This document shows, in pieces, positions 44,685-54,514 of a stretch of DNA of 64,000 nt. The notes beneath the pieces were generated by a model. The model had not been told where the DNA came from, ran no database searches, and worked only from the letters and a program-made list of their open reading frames with translations. Position 1 is the stretch's first letter; every line of letters begins with the position of its first letter. Location: positions 3,008,001-3,072,000 of the forward strand of contig OZ242005.1 of NCBI GenBank assembly GCA_965204725.1, in the 5' to 3' direction. The position numbers were made by a program, and so were the translations under genes. This stretch comes from Candidatus Latescibacterota bacterium. Lineage in GTDB: Bacteria > Latescibacterota > UBA2968 > UBA8231.

Positions 44685-45220
44685 AACGCGAAATCGCGCT
44701 GTTCGGGTCGCAGTGCCTCCGCCAGACCTGTGCCGAGGTCTTAGGGGTGGATGACGCCATCCGCGCCCTCGTCGCCGACCTCTTCGACTCCATGTACGCC
44801 GCGGCCGGGGTCGGGCTGGCCGCCCCGCAGATTGGCGTCCTCAAGCGGGTCTGCGTGGTTGACGTAGCCATCCATCAGCCGAGCCGCCAACCCGTGGCCT
44901 TAATCAACCCCAAGATCACCAGCCGCGAGGGCGAGCAAATCGGCGAGGAGGGGTGTCTGAGCTTTCCCGATCTGTACGGCGACGTCAAGCGCTACGCTTG
45001 GGTCGAAGTCGAGGCCCTTGGTCTCGATGGCCAGCCCTTCAAAACCGCGGGCGACGGCTTTTACGCCCGCGCCCTCCAGCACGAAATTGACCACCTCGAC
45101 GGCAAGCTCTTCATCGATTACCTCAGCCCGCTCAAACGCCAACTCATGCGCGGCGCACTCAAGCGGTTAAAAAAAGAGAGTGCCGCGCAGGTCCAAGCCT
45201 CGGCCATTGACAGCATTTAG
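44681..45220 (+). CDS. def: Peptide deformylase
   Basis: GVGLAAPQIG, EGCLS, QHEIDH. Confidence 0.96.
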   Translation: MKREIALFGSQCLRQTCAEVLGVDDAIRALVADLFDSMYAAAGVGLAAPQIGVLKRVCVVDVAIHQPSRQPVALINPKITSREGEQIGEEGCLSFPDLYGDVKRYAWVEVEALGLDGQPFKTAGDGFYARALQHEIDHLDGKLFIDYLSPLKRQLMRGALKRLKKESAAQVQASAIDSI

Positions 45221-45257
45221 TCCGGCTCTTACCTTAGTTTTTAGTTGTCAAGTGAAT

Positions 45258-45334
45258 GGGGGCGTAGTTCAGTTGGTTAGAACGTCGGCCTGTCACGCCG
45301 AAGGTCGCGAGTTCGAGTCTCGTCGTCCCCGCCA
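45258..45334 (+). tRNA. tRNA-Asp(GTC)
   Basis: 77-nt cloverleaf: GGGGGCG/CGTCCCC acceptor stem, TCGGC-CTGTCAC-GCCGA anticodon arm, TTCGAGT T-loop, G-CCA end. Confidence 0.96.
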
Positions 45335-45342
45335 TTTTATCT

Positions 45343-45380
45343 AGCTCCTTTAGCGCGCTTTACGCGCTTGAGGAGCTTTT
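45343..45380 (+). terminator. Intrinsic terminator after the tRNA
   Basis: AGCTCCT..AGCGCG-loop-CGCGCT..AGGAGCT followed by a T run. Confidence 0.75.
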
Positions 45381-45405
45381 CTTTTGCTTACTAGAAAGGT
45401 ACAAA

Positions 45406-46320
45406 ATGCAAGAGCGCGTCCGCGAAATTCTAAGCTGGTATGGCAGCGACAACCCCGGCACCTTGACCAACTTGGCTCGCCTACTCAACCACGGTGCGCT
45501 CGGGGGCACGGGCAAGCTAGTCATCCTGCCCGTAGATCAGGGCGTCGAGCACGGACCCGGGCGCAGCTTTGCCCCCAATCCGCCCGCGTACGATCCGCGC
45601 TATCACTTTGAACTGGCCATTGCCGCTGGCCTCAGTGCATACGCCGCCCCGCTCGGGTTTCTCGAAGCCGGTGTGCGCGACTTTGCCGGCGATTTGCCGC
45701 TAATCCTCAAACTCAACAACCGCGAAAACCTGCACGCTGATGCAGACCCCACCCAGTCGCTTACTGGCTCCATTGACGCCGCCCTGCGCTTGGGTTGCGT
45801 TGGCATCGGCTACACGGTCTATCCGGGTTCGGCCCTGCGGCAAGAGATGTACGAAAAGCTGCAAGCCCTAGCAGAAGAGGCCAAGCGGTGCGGTTTGGTC
45901 GTGGTGGTCTGGTCCTATCCGCGCGGCACGGACTTGAGCAAGGACGGGGAGACCGGGCTCGACGTCACCGCGTACGCCGCCCAAATCGCCGCCCAGCTAG
46001 GGGCCCATATCATCAAGGTCAAACCGCCTACGGCCCACATTGAGCAGAGCGAAGCCCGGCCGGCCTATTCGGAGGTGCCGGCCAGCACCTTGGCCGAGCG
46101 CGTCCGCCACGTGGTGCAAGCGGCGTTCAATGGGCGGCGCGTGGTGATCTTTTCTGGAGGCCCGGCCAAGGGCGACGAGGAAATCATCGAGGAAATCACT
46201 GGCATCCGCGGCGGCGGCGGCTTTGGCTCCATTATCGGCCGCAACGCTTTCCAGCGAGAGCGCGGACCGGCTTTGGACCTGTTGCAGCGCATTGTGGCGA
46301 CCTACGCGGCTAAAGCCTGA
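45406..46320 (+). CDS. fbaB: Class I fructose-bisphosphate aldolase (DhnA/FbaB family)
   Basis: ILPVDQGVEHGP, WSYPRG, AHIIKVK (Schiff-base Lys), GSIIGRNAFQR. Confidence 0.92.
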   Translation: MQERVREILSWYGSDNPGTLTNLARLLNHGALGGTGKLVILPVDQGVEHGPGRSFAPNPPAYDPRYHFELAIAAGLSAYAAPLGFLEAGVRDFAGDLPLILKLNNRENLHADADPTQSLTGSIDAALRLGCVGIGYTVYPGSALRQEMYEKLQALAEEAKRCGLVVVVWSYPRGTDLSKDGETGLDVTAYAAQIAAQLGAHIIKVKPPTAHIEQSEARPAYSEVPASTLAERVRHVVQAAFNGRRVVIFSGGPAKGDEEIIEEITGIRGGGGFGSIIGRNAFQRERGPALDLLQRIVATYAAKA

Positions 46321-46323
46321 AAA

Positions 46324-47718
46324 TCACAGCGATTGCAAAAAGGCGATGAGCGCATCGCGGTCGGCCGCGTCGAGCTGACGCACGAATTCTCGCGCTTTCT
46401 CGGCCTCGCCGCCGTGAAACATAATGGCTTCCATCAGCGTCCTCGCTCGGCCATCGTGGAGGTACGCGGGAATACCATTGACTGTGGCCGTCAGCCCAAT
46501 CCCCCACAGCGGCGGGGTGCGCCACTCGCGGCCATCGGCGTCAAAGTCGGGCCGCTCATCGGCCAATTCCTCCCCCATGTCGTGTAGCAGCAAGTCTGTA
46601 TAGGGGTGGATGGTTTGGTTGGCCAAGGCCGCAATCTCGTGGCGGCCCGTCTGCAAGGTGGGAAGATGGCAGCCCGAGCACTGGGCTTCCACAAAAAGTG
46701 CTTCGCCGCGCAACACCTGCGGATCGTCGATATTGCGGCGCGCCGGCACCGCCAACGTCTGCACGTAAAAGGTGTTGATCTCCAGCGTTTCTCGGCTGAT
46801 TTCGGGGTCGTCCGCACGGCCATCCACCTGCGGCTGACCGGCGGTGGATTCCACGGGAAAATAGGGGCTGGTGATACCCATATCCTGCTGATAGGCCCGG
46901 GCGACTTGCTGCAATAGGTCGGGGTTGTTGGCCTTGTGGCCGAAGCGGCCTAATTCGGTCTGTTGGGTGCGAAAGTTATAGACCCAGTTGGGGCGGCCGG
47001 AGAGGCCATCCCCGTCGCGGTCGCCGGGATCGGCCCGCGCCACAATCGTCTCTTCGGCAATGGCGGCGAGCAAACCGCGCCCAAATACCGGCGGTGCCAT
47101 GCGCGGCGAGAAGAGCACACCGGCTGGCAAGGGCTGATAGGCATCGACTATTTCGTACTGGGGGAAGCGCAGCGAATAGGCTTGGCCATCGGCGAAATAG
47201 CGGGTTTCTTCAAAGTAGGTCAGGTCAATCCGCGCTTCAGGCTCCACCCCGAACACGGCGCGGTCGCCGATTTGCTCGCCAAACCCCGGCACGGGCTGAG
47301 GCCCACCGGGCACTTGGGGATTGAACCCCGGGAGGCTGACCCGCATGAGCATGGAGCCAATGAACGGGGCGTCGATGCCAAACCCATCGCGGCCGCGGCC
47401 ATCGCGGGCGTGGCAACCGACGCACGAGGTCTGATTGAACACCGGCCCCAGCCCATGCCCCACCTCGGCCGGTGCGGTGACAAAAACCTGTTCAAAGGCC
47501 GCATCGCCCGCCAAGAAGCGTTCCAACTCCAAGCCGTCCAGCGCCGGGATGGGGTTTTCAAACGCCGTGCTGCTGGCGTCGAACACCGTGGCCGCTCCAC
47601 CGGATAGCAGGCGGTCGTCCGGTGCGGGCGTCGGCCCTAGCCCAGCGCGGTCGTCGCCGCAGTGGGCTAGGGCACCGAGGAGAAGTGGATAGAGTGCGGA
47701 TGTACGGGTTCGGACCAT
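46324..47718 (-). CDS. Di-haem oxidoreductase (DHOR/DUF1111) lipoprotein
   Basis: GLGPVFN..SCVGCH and CSGCH haem motifs, YTDLLLHDMG, WRTPPLWG, LHDGRAR. Confidence 0.9.
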   Translation of the reverse strand: MVRTRTSALYPLLLGALAHCGDDRAGLGPTPAPDDRLLSGGAATVFDASSTAFENPIPALDGLELERFLAGDAAFEQVFVTAPAEVGHGLGPVFNQTSCVGCHARDGRGRDGFGIDAPFIGSMLMRVSLPGFNPQVPGGPQPVPGFGEQIGDRAVFGVEPEARIDLTYFEETRYFADGQAYSLRFPQYEIVDAYQPLPAGVLFSPRMAPPVFGRGLLAAIAEETIVARADPGDRDGDGLSGRPNWVYNFRTQQTELGRFGHKANNPDLLQQVARAYQQDMGITSPYFPVESTAGQPQVDGRADDPEISRETLEINTFYVQTLAVPARRNIDDPQVLRGEALFVEAQCSGCHLPTLQTGRHEIAALANQTIHPYTDLLLHDMGEELADERPDFDADGREWRTPPLWGIGLTATVNGIPAYLHDGRARTLMEAIMFHGGEAEKAREFVRQLDAADRDALIAFLQSL

Positions 47719-47749
47719 TTTCCTCTACTCTAGGCGAGGCCGGGCGGGT

Positions 47750-48832
47750 TTAACTCCCCAACACCAGCGGCAGGATATCCTCCTCTAAGGTCCGCTGAAT
47801 GCGGGCCACCGCCGCCTGCGCCGTTTCGATTTGGTCCCGATCGGAGGAAATGGCGTCGCGGAAGGGCTGCTCAATGCGGCCAATCTCGTCGATGGCGGCC
47901 TCGATTTCCCGTTTGAGCCGCTGATCTAGAGCGGCGTCGGTCTGGCTGATGAACTCGTCCAAGCCTCGGCCGGGGCCTGCGTAGTCGCCGGTATAGACGT
48001 TTTGGACGCTGCGGATGTTGTTTTGGAAATCGGCGATGGAATTGAAGCTGAACTGGGATTCGACCAAGCGGGGGTCTTCCTCGACGAAGGGGTCGGCGAT
48101 TTTGCCGTTGGCCACCTCGTCGCAGATGCCGATCATGCCGTTGACCATCTCTTGGACCGCCGACTGGGCAGACGGATAGACATCGCTGCCATTGCCGGCG
48201 TCGCGCACCTTCTGGCCGAAGTTGCCCCCAGCGGCAACCCAGCTCGTGTGTAGGGCACTCGCCGTGGCCTTGAGGTCTTGCGTGGTGGCAATCAGGTAAG
48301 CGAACTCGCGCTCGGTCAATTCGGCAGCGGTCTTACTGCGCCCTTCGCCAAAAAGCAGGTACTCAATGGTGTGGAAGCCCTTGAGCGTCCCGTCCAGCCC
48401 ACCCACGTACTCCGCGGTCAAGTCGTCGTTGCTGGCCAGAACCCCATCGAGGTCGCTGTGATTGACCGGCCAACTATCCAGCGACGGATCGTAGCCGTTG
48501 AAATCCACCGGCCCAAAGAGGAATCCCTCGCTGGCTTCCCAAGGGATGCGCGTGGCCACCCAAGCGTCTTGGGCGGCACTGAGGTTTGCATCCGTCGGAC
48601 CGGCGCGCAGGGCCTCGACCGCGGCCAAAAGCTCCCCGGCCCGCTCGTCGAGATCCGCGTAGGTGGCAATGATGACCTTGTCGGTGAAGTCATTCAGGAT
48701 CGGCGAAAAATCGAACGATTCGGACGGGCCGACCGCGGTCTCGTCGTCATCGCCACAGCCGGCGAACAGCAGTACGCTGCAAGTGGCTAGCCCAAGTCCT
48801 AACCGCAGATATGAAGAGAAGATGGTTCGCAT
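47750..48832 (-). CDS. Imelysin/IrpA-family iron-regulated lipoprotein
   Basis: Lipobox FAG-C, WEASEGFLFGP, LDSWP, GFHTIEYLLF. Confidence 0.88.
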   Translation of the reverse strand: MRTIFSSYLRLGLGLATCSVLLFAGCGDDDETAVGPSESFDFSPILNDFTDKVIIATYADLDERAGELLAAVEALRAGPTDANLSAAQDAWVATRIPWEASEGFLFGPVDFNGYDPSLDSWPVNHSDLDGVLASNDDLTAEYVGGLDGTLKGFHTIEYLLFGEGRSKTAAELTEREFAYLIATTQDLKATASALHTSWVAAGGNFGQKVRDAGNGSDVYPSAQSAVQEMVNGMIGICDEVANGKIADPFVEEDPRLVESQFSFNSIADFQNNIRSVQNVYTGDYAGPGRGLDEFISQTDAALDQRLKREIEAAIDEIGRIEQPFRDAISSDRDQIETAQAAVARIQRTLEEDILPLVLGS

Positions 48833-48886
48833 GATGAATAGCTCCTTTTGGCGGAATTGAAAGCACGGCCGCAAGCGGCCCAGCTT

Positions 48887-50173
48887 TCAGAATTGAAACC
48901 CCAGCCCAATAGTCAGGGTATTTTCGTCGTTAAAGTGATCGGCCCCTAGCCGCCGCATGGCGTAGTCGGCTTTGAGCACCACGGTCTCTTCCATGTTATA
49001 GTTCGCGCCCAAGGTATAGACCGTGCGCTCAAAGCGCGGGTTGTCAAAGGTCTGCGTCGGGACCGCAAAGCACGGGCTATCAAAGGTCTGCGCCGGGACC
49101 TTGGCCATGGTATCGTATTGGTCGAAGCGAAAAAACACGTCTAGCCGAGCGCGTGGTTGGGCCACCAGCGAGGGCAGCAGATCCCAGCCGACTTCGACAA
49201 ACGCCGCGTACGCCCCTTCGGCCACTGGCGAGCGCAATACGTCTAAATTGTTGGAGAGCGTACGGTTGCACGCACTGACAACGGCTGCATTTTGCAGGTG
49301 CCCACGCAGGTAGAGCCCGCGCGCACGCAGGCGGCCCCAATTCAGTGCTCCGTGCAGGTCGAAAATGGAGACGTGCGCGTCCGTCCCCTCCATGTCGGGC
49401 TTGGGCCGATTGTCGGCGCTATCGCCGCGGTAGCCAGAAACGCCCAGCACGAGCTGCGGCGCGACTTGGTAATCCAAGCGGGCGACGCCGGCCATGTTGG
49501 TCGCCTGAATGGTTTCAAAGCGCTTTTGTTGGCCGCCGACAATCCAGTGCTGGCTGCTAAATCCGGTGGCGTCCAACCCGTTGACTAGCTGTAGTTGGTA
49601 CGACCAGCCTCGGTAGTGCCCGGACAGCTCCACGCCGGTTTCGTGCCAGAGGCTGGGGATGACGGATGTTTCGGCTTCTGACCGCCGCGTGCCGAAGAAG
49701 TCGGTTGGCTGGAAGTAGTGGCTCAAATAGCCTACGGCTACGTAGAAATGCCCCAAGCGCACAGCAAGGGCGTCGCTGAATTTCTTGGCGACGGCCAACT
49801 CCTCGACGATGACTTCGCCCCCTTTTTCTATTTCCTGCTCAAATTCGCCAAACTCTTCAAATTCCAATTCCAGCGCGGCCCCGGCCCCGCCGTGTTCAAA
49901 CTCGACTTCGGCCTCCAGTTCGACGTCTTTGAGTAGCTCGACTTTTAGCTCCAGCGCGAGGCGGGTGACGTCGATGATGGCGCGGCTGTCCGGTGGGGAA
50001 CCATGGGGGCCGCTCTTTTGGTCTGGCCCATAATCGAAGTGGGAGTACATCAGCTCGCCGTAGCCCTCTATGTGGAGAGGCGTTTTTCGCGCTGTCTCAG
50101 AATTCGCTGTCGAGCAGGCGATTAGGAGCAGGACAGACGCGGCGATAAACGGCTGAGAAAGCATGGAGCGCAT
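48887..50173 (-). CDS. Outer-membrane beta-barrel/porin of an iron-uptake operon
   Basis: Signal peptide, GYGE, EVEFEHGG, IPSLWHETG, C-terminal GLGFQF; first gene of the imelysin operon. Confidence 0.75.
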   Translation of the reverse strand: MRSMLSQPFIAASVLLLIACSTANSETARKTPLHIEGYGELMYSHFDYGPDQKSGPHGSPPDSRAIIDVTRLALELKVELLKDVELEAEVEFEHGGAGAALELEFEEFGEFEQEIEKGGEVIVEELAVAKKFSDALAVRLGHFYVAVGYLSHYFQPTDFFGTRRSEAETSVIPSLWHETGVELSGHYRGWSYQLQLVNGLDATGFSSQHWIVGGQQKRFETIQATNMAGVARLDYQVAPQLVLGVSGYRGDSADNRPKPDMEGTDAHVSIFDLHGALNWGRLRARGLYLRGHLQNAAVVSACNRTLSNNLDVLRSPVAEGAYAAFVEVGWDLLPSLVAQPRARLDVFFRFDQYDTMAKVPAQTFDSPCFAVPTQTFDNPRFERTVYTLGANYNMEETVVLKADYAMRRLGADHFNDENTLTIGLGFQF

Positions 50174-50338
50174 CCGGTCTCGGTTGTTAGTTATACAGAC
50201 AACACAGATGATTACTGCATAAAAATAATGTTATCTAATATAATCATCTGTTTCATATATCAAACATTCGTATAGGATATGCTATTGCCGTTTGCTTGTC
50301 AATGGAAATTTTTGCGGGAGGAGTGGGACTTTGGCCCG

Positions 50339-51361
50339 CTAAGCTGGGTCAATTCCCTTTAGGTCGAGCTCGTGTTTGTGGTGGCAGGCGGCCCGATGCG
50401 ACTCGCCCTCCAGCGCGGGCCTCTGCTCGCTGCACACCTCGCTTTTGTAGCGGCAGCGCGGCGCGAACGCACACCCTCGGTCGCCAGCCGGCGTCGGTTC
50501 ACCCGCCTCGCTGACGTCTTCGTCGTCCTCCATCCACGAGGCGTGGGGGTCCGGCGCGGGCGCGGCTTCTAGCAATATGGCCGTATAGGGGTGTTGGGGT
50601 TGGGTAAAGAGGGTTTCGGTTGCGGCTTGTTCCACGATTCGGCCTTGGTACATGACGGCCACTTCGTCGCAGAGATAGCGCACCACGCTCAGGTCGTGGG
50701 CAATAAAGAGCAAGGTGAGGTTGAGGTCGGCCCGCAGTTGGCGGAGCAAGTTGAGAATCTGCGCTTGCACGCTGACGTCGAGCGCGGAGACGGGTTCGTC
50801 GGCCACGATGAGCGACGGGCTCAAGGCCAAGGCGCGGGCAATGCCGATGCGCTGCCGCTGGCCGCCCGAGAAGGCGTGTGGATAGCGGCGCGCATATCGG
50901 GGGTCTAGCCCCACCCGCTCCATCAGCTCACGCACGCGCTCGTGGCTGTCGTGCGCCGACCAGCCATAAGCCCGCAGCGGCTCGGCGATTAGGTCGCGCA
51001 CCGGCATCCGCGGATTTAGCGACGAGTACGGGTCTTGGAAAATCATCTGCATCTGCCGGCGGGCTTGAACGACTTGGCGGCGACCGAGCTGGGCCATATC
51101 TACGACCTGCGTACTCTGTTGCCGAAAGAGGATCTCCCCGGCGGTTGGGTCTAGGGCGCGGAGAATCATCCGCCCGGTGGTGGTCTTGCCGCAACCGCTC
51201 TCGCCAACCAGCCCCAAAATTTTGCCCTCAACGAGCGCGAAGCTCACGCCATCTACGGCCTTTACCCACCCCGTCTGCCGCTGTAAAAGCCCCCGGCGCA
51301 CGGGAAAGTACTTTTTTAACCCCCGCACTTGCAGGAGGACGTCCTCGGCCCCTTTAGGCAT
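50339..51361 (-). CDS. Oligopeptide/dipeptide ABC transporter ATP-binding protein (OppF-like)
   Basis: [29 protein letters not shown]-terminal Cys motif. Confidence 0.93.
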   Translation of the reverse strand: MPKGAEDVLLQVRGLKKYFPVRRGLLQRQTGWVKAVDGVSFALVEGKILGLVGESGCGKTTTGRMILRALDPTAGEILFRQQSTQVVDMAQLGRRQVVQARRQMQMIFQDPYSSLNPRMPVRDLIAEPLRAYGWSAHDSHERVRELMERVGLDPRYARRYPHAFSGGQRQRIGIARALALSPSLIVADEPVSALDVSVQAQILNLLRQLRADLNLTLLFIAHDLSVVRYLCDEVAVMYQGRIVEQAATETLFTQPQHPYTAILLEAAPAPDPHASWMEDDEDVSEAGEPTPAGDRGCAFAPRCRYKSEVCSEQRPALEGESHRAACHHKHELDLKGIDPA

Positions 51362-52370
51362 TGGGCGAGTCTCCTTCTTGGGTGTACATAAAACAACGGG
51401 CGCGATGGTGCGGCCCCATCTCTGCGGCCGCGGGCATGTGCTGCTCGCAGATGGGCCCGACCTTTTTCGCGCAGCGGGTGTGGAAAGGACACCCTTCGGG
51501 CAGGGCGTATGCGCTAGGAACGCTGCCCTCAATCGGCTCGACGCGCCGGCGTGTGCCCGTCAGGCTGGGGATGGATTGCAACAGGGCCGCCGTATAAGGG
51601 TGCGCCGGGCGGTCGAAAATTGCGGCTACCGGCCCCTCTTCGACGATCCGCCCCATGTACATCACATAGACGTATTCGACCGTGTGCGCGATCACGCCCA
51701 GATCGTGGGTAATCAGCATGAGTGCCAGCCCCAACTCGCGCTGGAGCCGCTGGATCAGCTTGAGCACCCGCGCCTGCACGGTCACGTCGAGGGCCGTAGT
51801 CGGCTCGTCGGCGATCAACAGCCGCGGATTGCTCGCCAGCGCCATGGCGATCATCGCCCGCTGGCGCATCCCGCCCGAAAGCTGGAAGGGATAGTCGGCG
51901 GCGCGGTCCTGCGGATCGGGGATGCCGACCAAGTGCAACAGCTCCACGACCCGCTGCTGCGTTGCTTCTGGGGATAGCTCGTCGTGGAGTTGGATCATCT
52001 CGGCGATTTGGTTGCCAATCGTGTGAACCGGCGAGAACGCAGTCATAGGCTCTTGGAAGATCATGGAAATGTCGCCGCCGCGGATCTGATGCATTTCGTC
52101 GCTGTGCGCGGCGAGCGCGGCGAGGTCCAGCTCGCGCTCGTCCAGCTTGCGGCGGTAGCGGATATGGCCGCTGGTAATCTCGGCTGCGGGCGGCAAAATC
52201 CGCAGCAGGGCGTTGGACGTCATGGTCTTACCGCACCCGCTTTCGCCGACGATGCCCACGGCTTGGCCGGTGTTGATGCGGAAGCTAACGCCGTTGAGCG
52301 GCCGCACCACGCCCTCGTCGCGGGTGATGCGGACGCTTAGGTCGTGGACGTCGAGGAGGGGAGGGGTCAT
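51354..52370 (-). CDS. Oligopeptide/dipeptide ABC transporter ATP-binding protein (OppD-like)
   Basis: [28 protein letters not shown]. Confidence 0.93.
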   Translation of the reverse strand: MTPPLLDVHDLSVRITRDEGVVRPLNGVSFRINTGQAVGIVGESGCGKTMTSNALLRILPPAAEITSGHIRYRRKLDERELDLAALAAHSDEMHQIRGGDISMIFQEPMTAFSPVHTIGNQIAEMIQLHDELSPEATQQRVVELLHLVGIPDPQDRAADYPFQLSGGMRQRAMIAMALASNPRLLIADEPTTALDVTVQARVLKLIQRLQRELGLALMLITHDLGVIAHTVEYVYVMYMGRIVEEGPVAAIFDRPAHPYTAALLQSIPSLTGTRRRVEPIEGSVPSAYALPEGCPFHTRCAKKVGPICEQHMPAAAEMGPHHRARCFMYTQEGDSPNA

Positions 52371-52465
52371 AAGCAGCTAAGCGGTTTCAAATGTATCGCA
52401 TCTGCAACAAATTAACCATGAATAGCGTATTTGACAAAATTCCCTAAAAATGTGAATTTGTGTAG

Positions 52466-53296
52466 ATGGAATATACTTCTTCCTCGGAGCAGCCCATCGG
52501 CCGACGAAGGCTCGCAGCCGTAATACGGGCCGCCAACGATATTATCAAAATTGACGATGTCGCGGCCACGCTTGCCATCGGCCGGCTCGCAGCCGCCAAG
52601 CTCCTCTCCCGATGGGCAGGCCAAGGCTGGTTGCGCCGCGTCGGTCGAGGCTCCTATATCCCCGTGCCTATGGACTCACTCGACAGCCAACATGTACTCG
52701 AAGATCCTTGGGTGCTTGTTCCCGCCCTTTTCACTCCGGCCTATATCGGGGGCTGGACAGCCGCTGAGCACTGGGACCTTACCGAGCAGTTGTTCCGCGA
52801 CATCATCATCCTGACGGCGCAGACCGTACGCGAAAAGCGTCAGGTCCGCCACGGAGCGCACTTTGCGCTGTACCACGTTCAAGAACGCAAAATTTTCGGC
52901 ACGAAGCCCGTTTGGCGCGGCCGTTCCAAAGTGCTGCTGTCGGATGTTCACCGGACCGTGATCGACATGCTGGACAATCCCTCCTTGGGAGGCGGAATTC
53001 AACACGTGTCCGATTGCTTGGATGCGTACCTGAAACGCCCCGATCGCAGCGATGATACGCTCACGGCCTACGCCGAGAGGCTTGGCAACGGAGCCGTATT
53101 CAAGCGCCTCGGCTTTTTGGCCGACCAACATTCCGACGCTGCCCATATCGCCGATGTCTGCCGAGCGCGTCTGACAGCAGGTAACGCTAAGCTCGATACC
53201 ACCCTCAGATGCTCCCGTCTGATTTCCAAATGGTGCCTCTGGGTCCCGTCAATTCCTGCAAAAGAACGTCACCCCTTGCCCCGACACGGGGCGTGA
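52466..53296 (+). CDS. AbiEi-family (type IV TA) antitoxin/transcriptional regulator, orphan
   Basis: N-terminal wHTH (LSRW..QGWLRRVGRG.Y), YIGGWTAAEHWDLTEQ, SD..RTVIDML.NP..GGG, KRLGFL. Confidence 0.82.
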   Translation: MEYTSSSEQPIGRRRLAAVIRAANDIIKIDDVAATLAIGRLAAAKLLSRWAGQGWLRRVGRGSYIPVPMDSLDSQHVLEDPWVLVPALFTPAYIGGWTAAEHWDLTEQLFRDIIILTAQTVREKRQVRHGAHFALYHVQERKIFGTKPVWRGRSKVLLSDVHRTVIDMLDNPSLGGGIQHVSDCLDAYLKRPDRSDDTLTAYAERLGNGAVFKRLGFLADQHSDAAHIADVCRARLTAGNAKLDTTLRCSRLISKWCLWVPSIPAKERHPLPRHGA

Positions 53297-53310
53297 ATCG
53301 CACTGCGACT

Positions 53311-54270
53311 ATGGAACGCCTACGCAGGATCATGCGGCATAACGACGCTGGGATCGCCTTGTCGGCGGGGTTGCTGTTTGTGGGATGTGCGCTCAGTTCG
53401 GAGAGCTTTTTGTCCGCGTACAACCTCTTCAATATCTCGCGGATCGTCGCGTTCTCCGTGTTGGTGGCGCTGGCTCAGGCCGTGGTGCTGGTCGCCGGGG
53501 GGATGAACCTATCCGTCGGGGCCATCGGCGGCTTGGCGACCATTGCCACCGGGTACTGCATTCAGGTGTTGGGGCTGCCGGGGTGGTTGGCGGCGTTGGT
53601 GGCATTGGGCATCGGAGGCGCGGCCGGGTGGGTCAATGGGGTCATCATCACGCGGCTGCAGATCAATTCCTTTATCGCCACGCTGGCGACGCTTTTTGTC
53701 TTTACGGGCCTAGTGCATGGGTTTTCCGAAGGCTACGCCTATACGGACATACCGCGGGCGTTCACGTTTTTGGGACGGCAGAAGTTTTTGGGGCTGTCGA
53801 ATTTGTTCTGGACGATGGGGCTGGTGCTGCTGGCGACGCACTACGCATTCCGGCACACGGTGTTTGGGCGGCGGCTGTTGGCGACCGGGGGGAACCAAGA
53901 AGCGGCTAGGCTGGCCGGGATCCATACCGAGCGGATGATCCTGCTGTCGCACGTGCTGTCGGGCGGAGTGGGTGCGCTGGCCGCGGTGTTGTGGGTGTCG
54001 CGGATGGGCTCGGCGCAACCGGCGACGGGCAAGGACTGGCTCATAACCAGCTTTGCGGTGGCCATTGTCGGGGGAACCGGGCTGTCGGGCGGGCGCATCT
54101 CAGCACTGGGCCTGCTGCTGGGAGCGGTCATCATCGTCCTCATCAAGAATGGCTTGGTGATGCTGGAGGCCAACGTCTATTACGAGCAGGCGTTTTTGGG
54201 GTCGATCATCTTGTTGGCCGTAGTAGTGAGCCGGGTGCGGGATTTGTATGGCGGGCGAGGCGGGGGGTAA
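53311..54270 (+). CDS. Monosaccharide ABC transporter permease (RbsC-like)
   Basis: GGMNLSVG, FIATL, FGRRLLATGGN.EAARLAGI, IVGGTGLSGG. Confidence 0.9.
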   Translation: MERLRRIMRHNDAGIALSAGLLFVGCALSSESFLSAYNLFNISRIVAFSVLVALAQAVVLVAGGMNLSVGAIGGLATIATGYCIQVLGLPGWLAALVALGIGGAAGWVNGVIITRLQINSFIATLATLFVFTGLVHGFSEGYAYTDIPRAFTFLGRQKFLGLSNLFWTMGLVLLATHYAFRHTVFGRRLLATGGNQEAARLAGIHTERMILLSHVLSGGVGALAAVLWVSRMGSAQPATGKDWLITSFAVAIVGGTGLSGGRISALGLLLGAVIIVLIKNGLVMLEANVYYEQAFLGSIILLAVVVSRVRDLYGGRGGG

Positions 54271-54514
54271 GGTCGGTAGTCTGGTGCAATCTCAGCGACG
54301 GCCGGCATTGACGCGGACCTTACTACACGACACCAGCGGCCAACCTGCCAAGGATCGAGGGCATCTTGCCCTCGTCAAGGGCGGGACGCCCTCGATCCCG
54401 GACACAGCGGCAACACCAAAAAAGGCGGACTCAAAGCAAATGTCGCGTACTTAAGGACGCGGACTCTCTTCGCAATCGGCGCGTGGAACACTTTGGAGAC
54501 ACAAGGAGGAAGCC

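Noticed and set aside
45258-45334. tRNA-Asp as an integration site
   Set aside because: Flanked by housekeeping genes; no integrase and no duplicated tRNA 3' end noticed.
50205-50280. Fur box upstream of the iron-uptake operon
   Set aside because: AT-rich with ATAATG/ATAATC half-sites, but the match to the 19-bp consensus is too weak to call.
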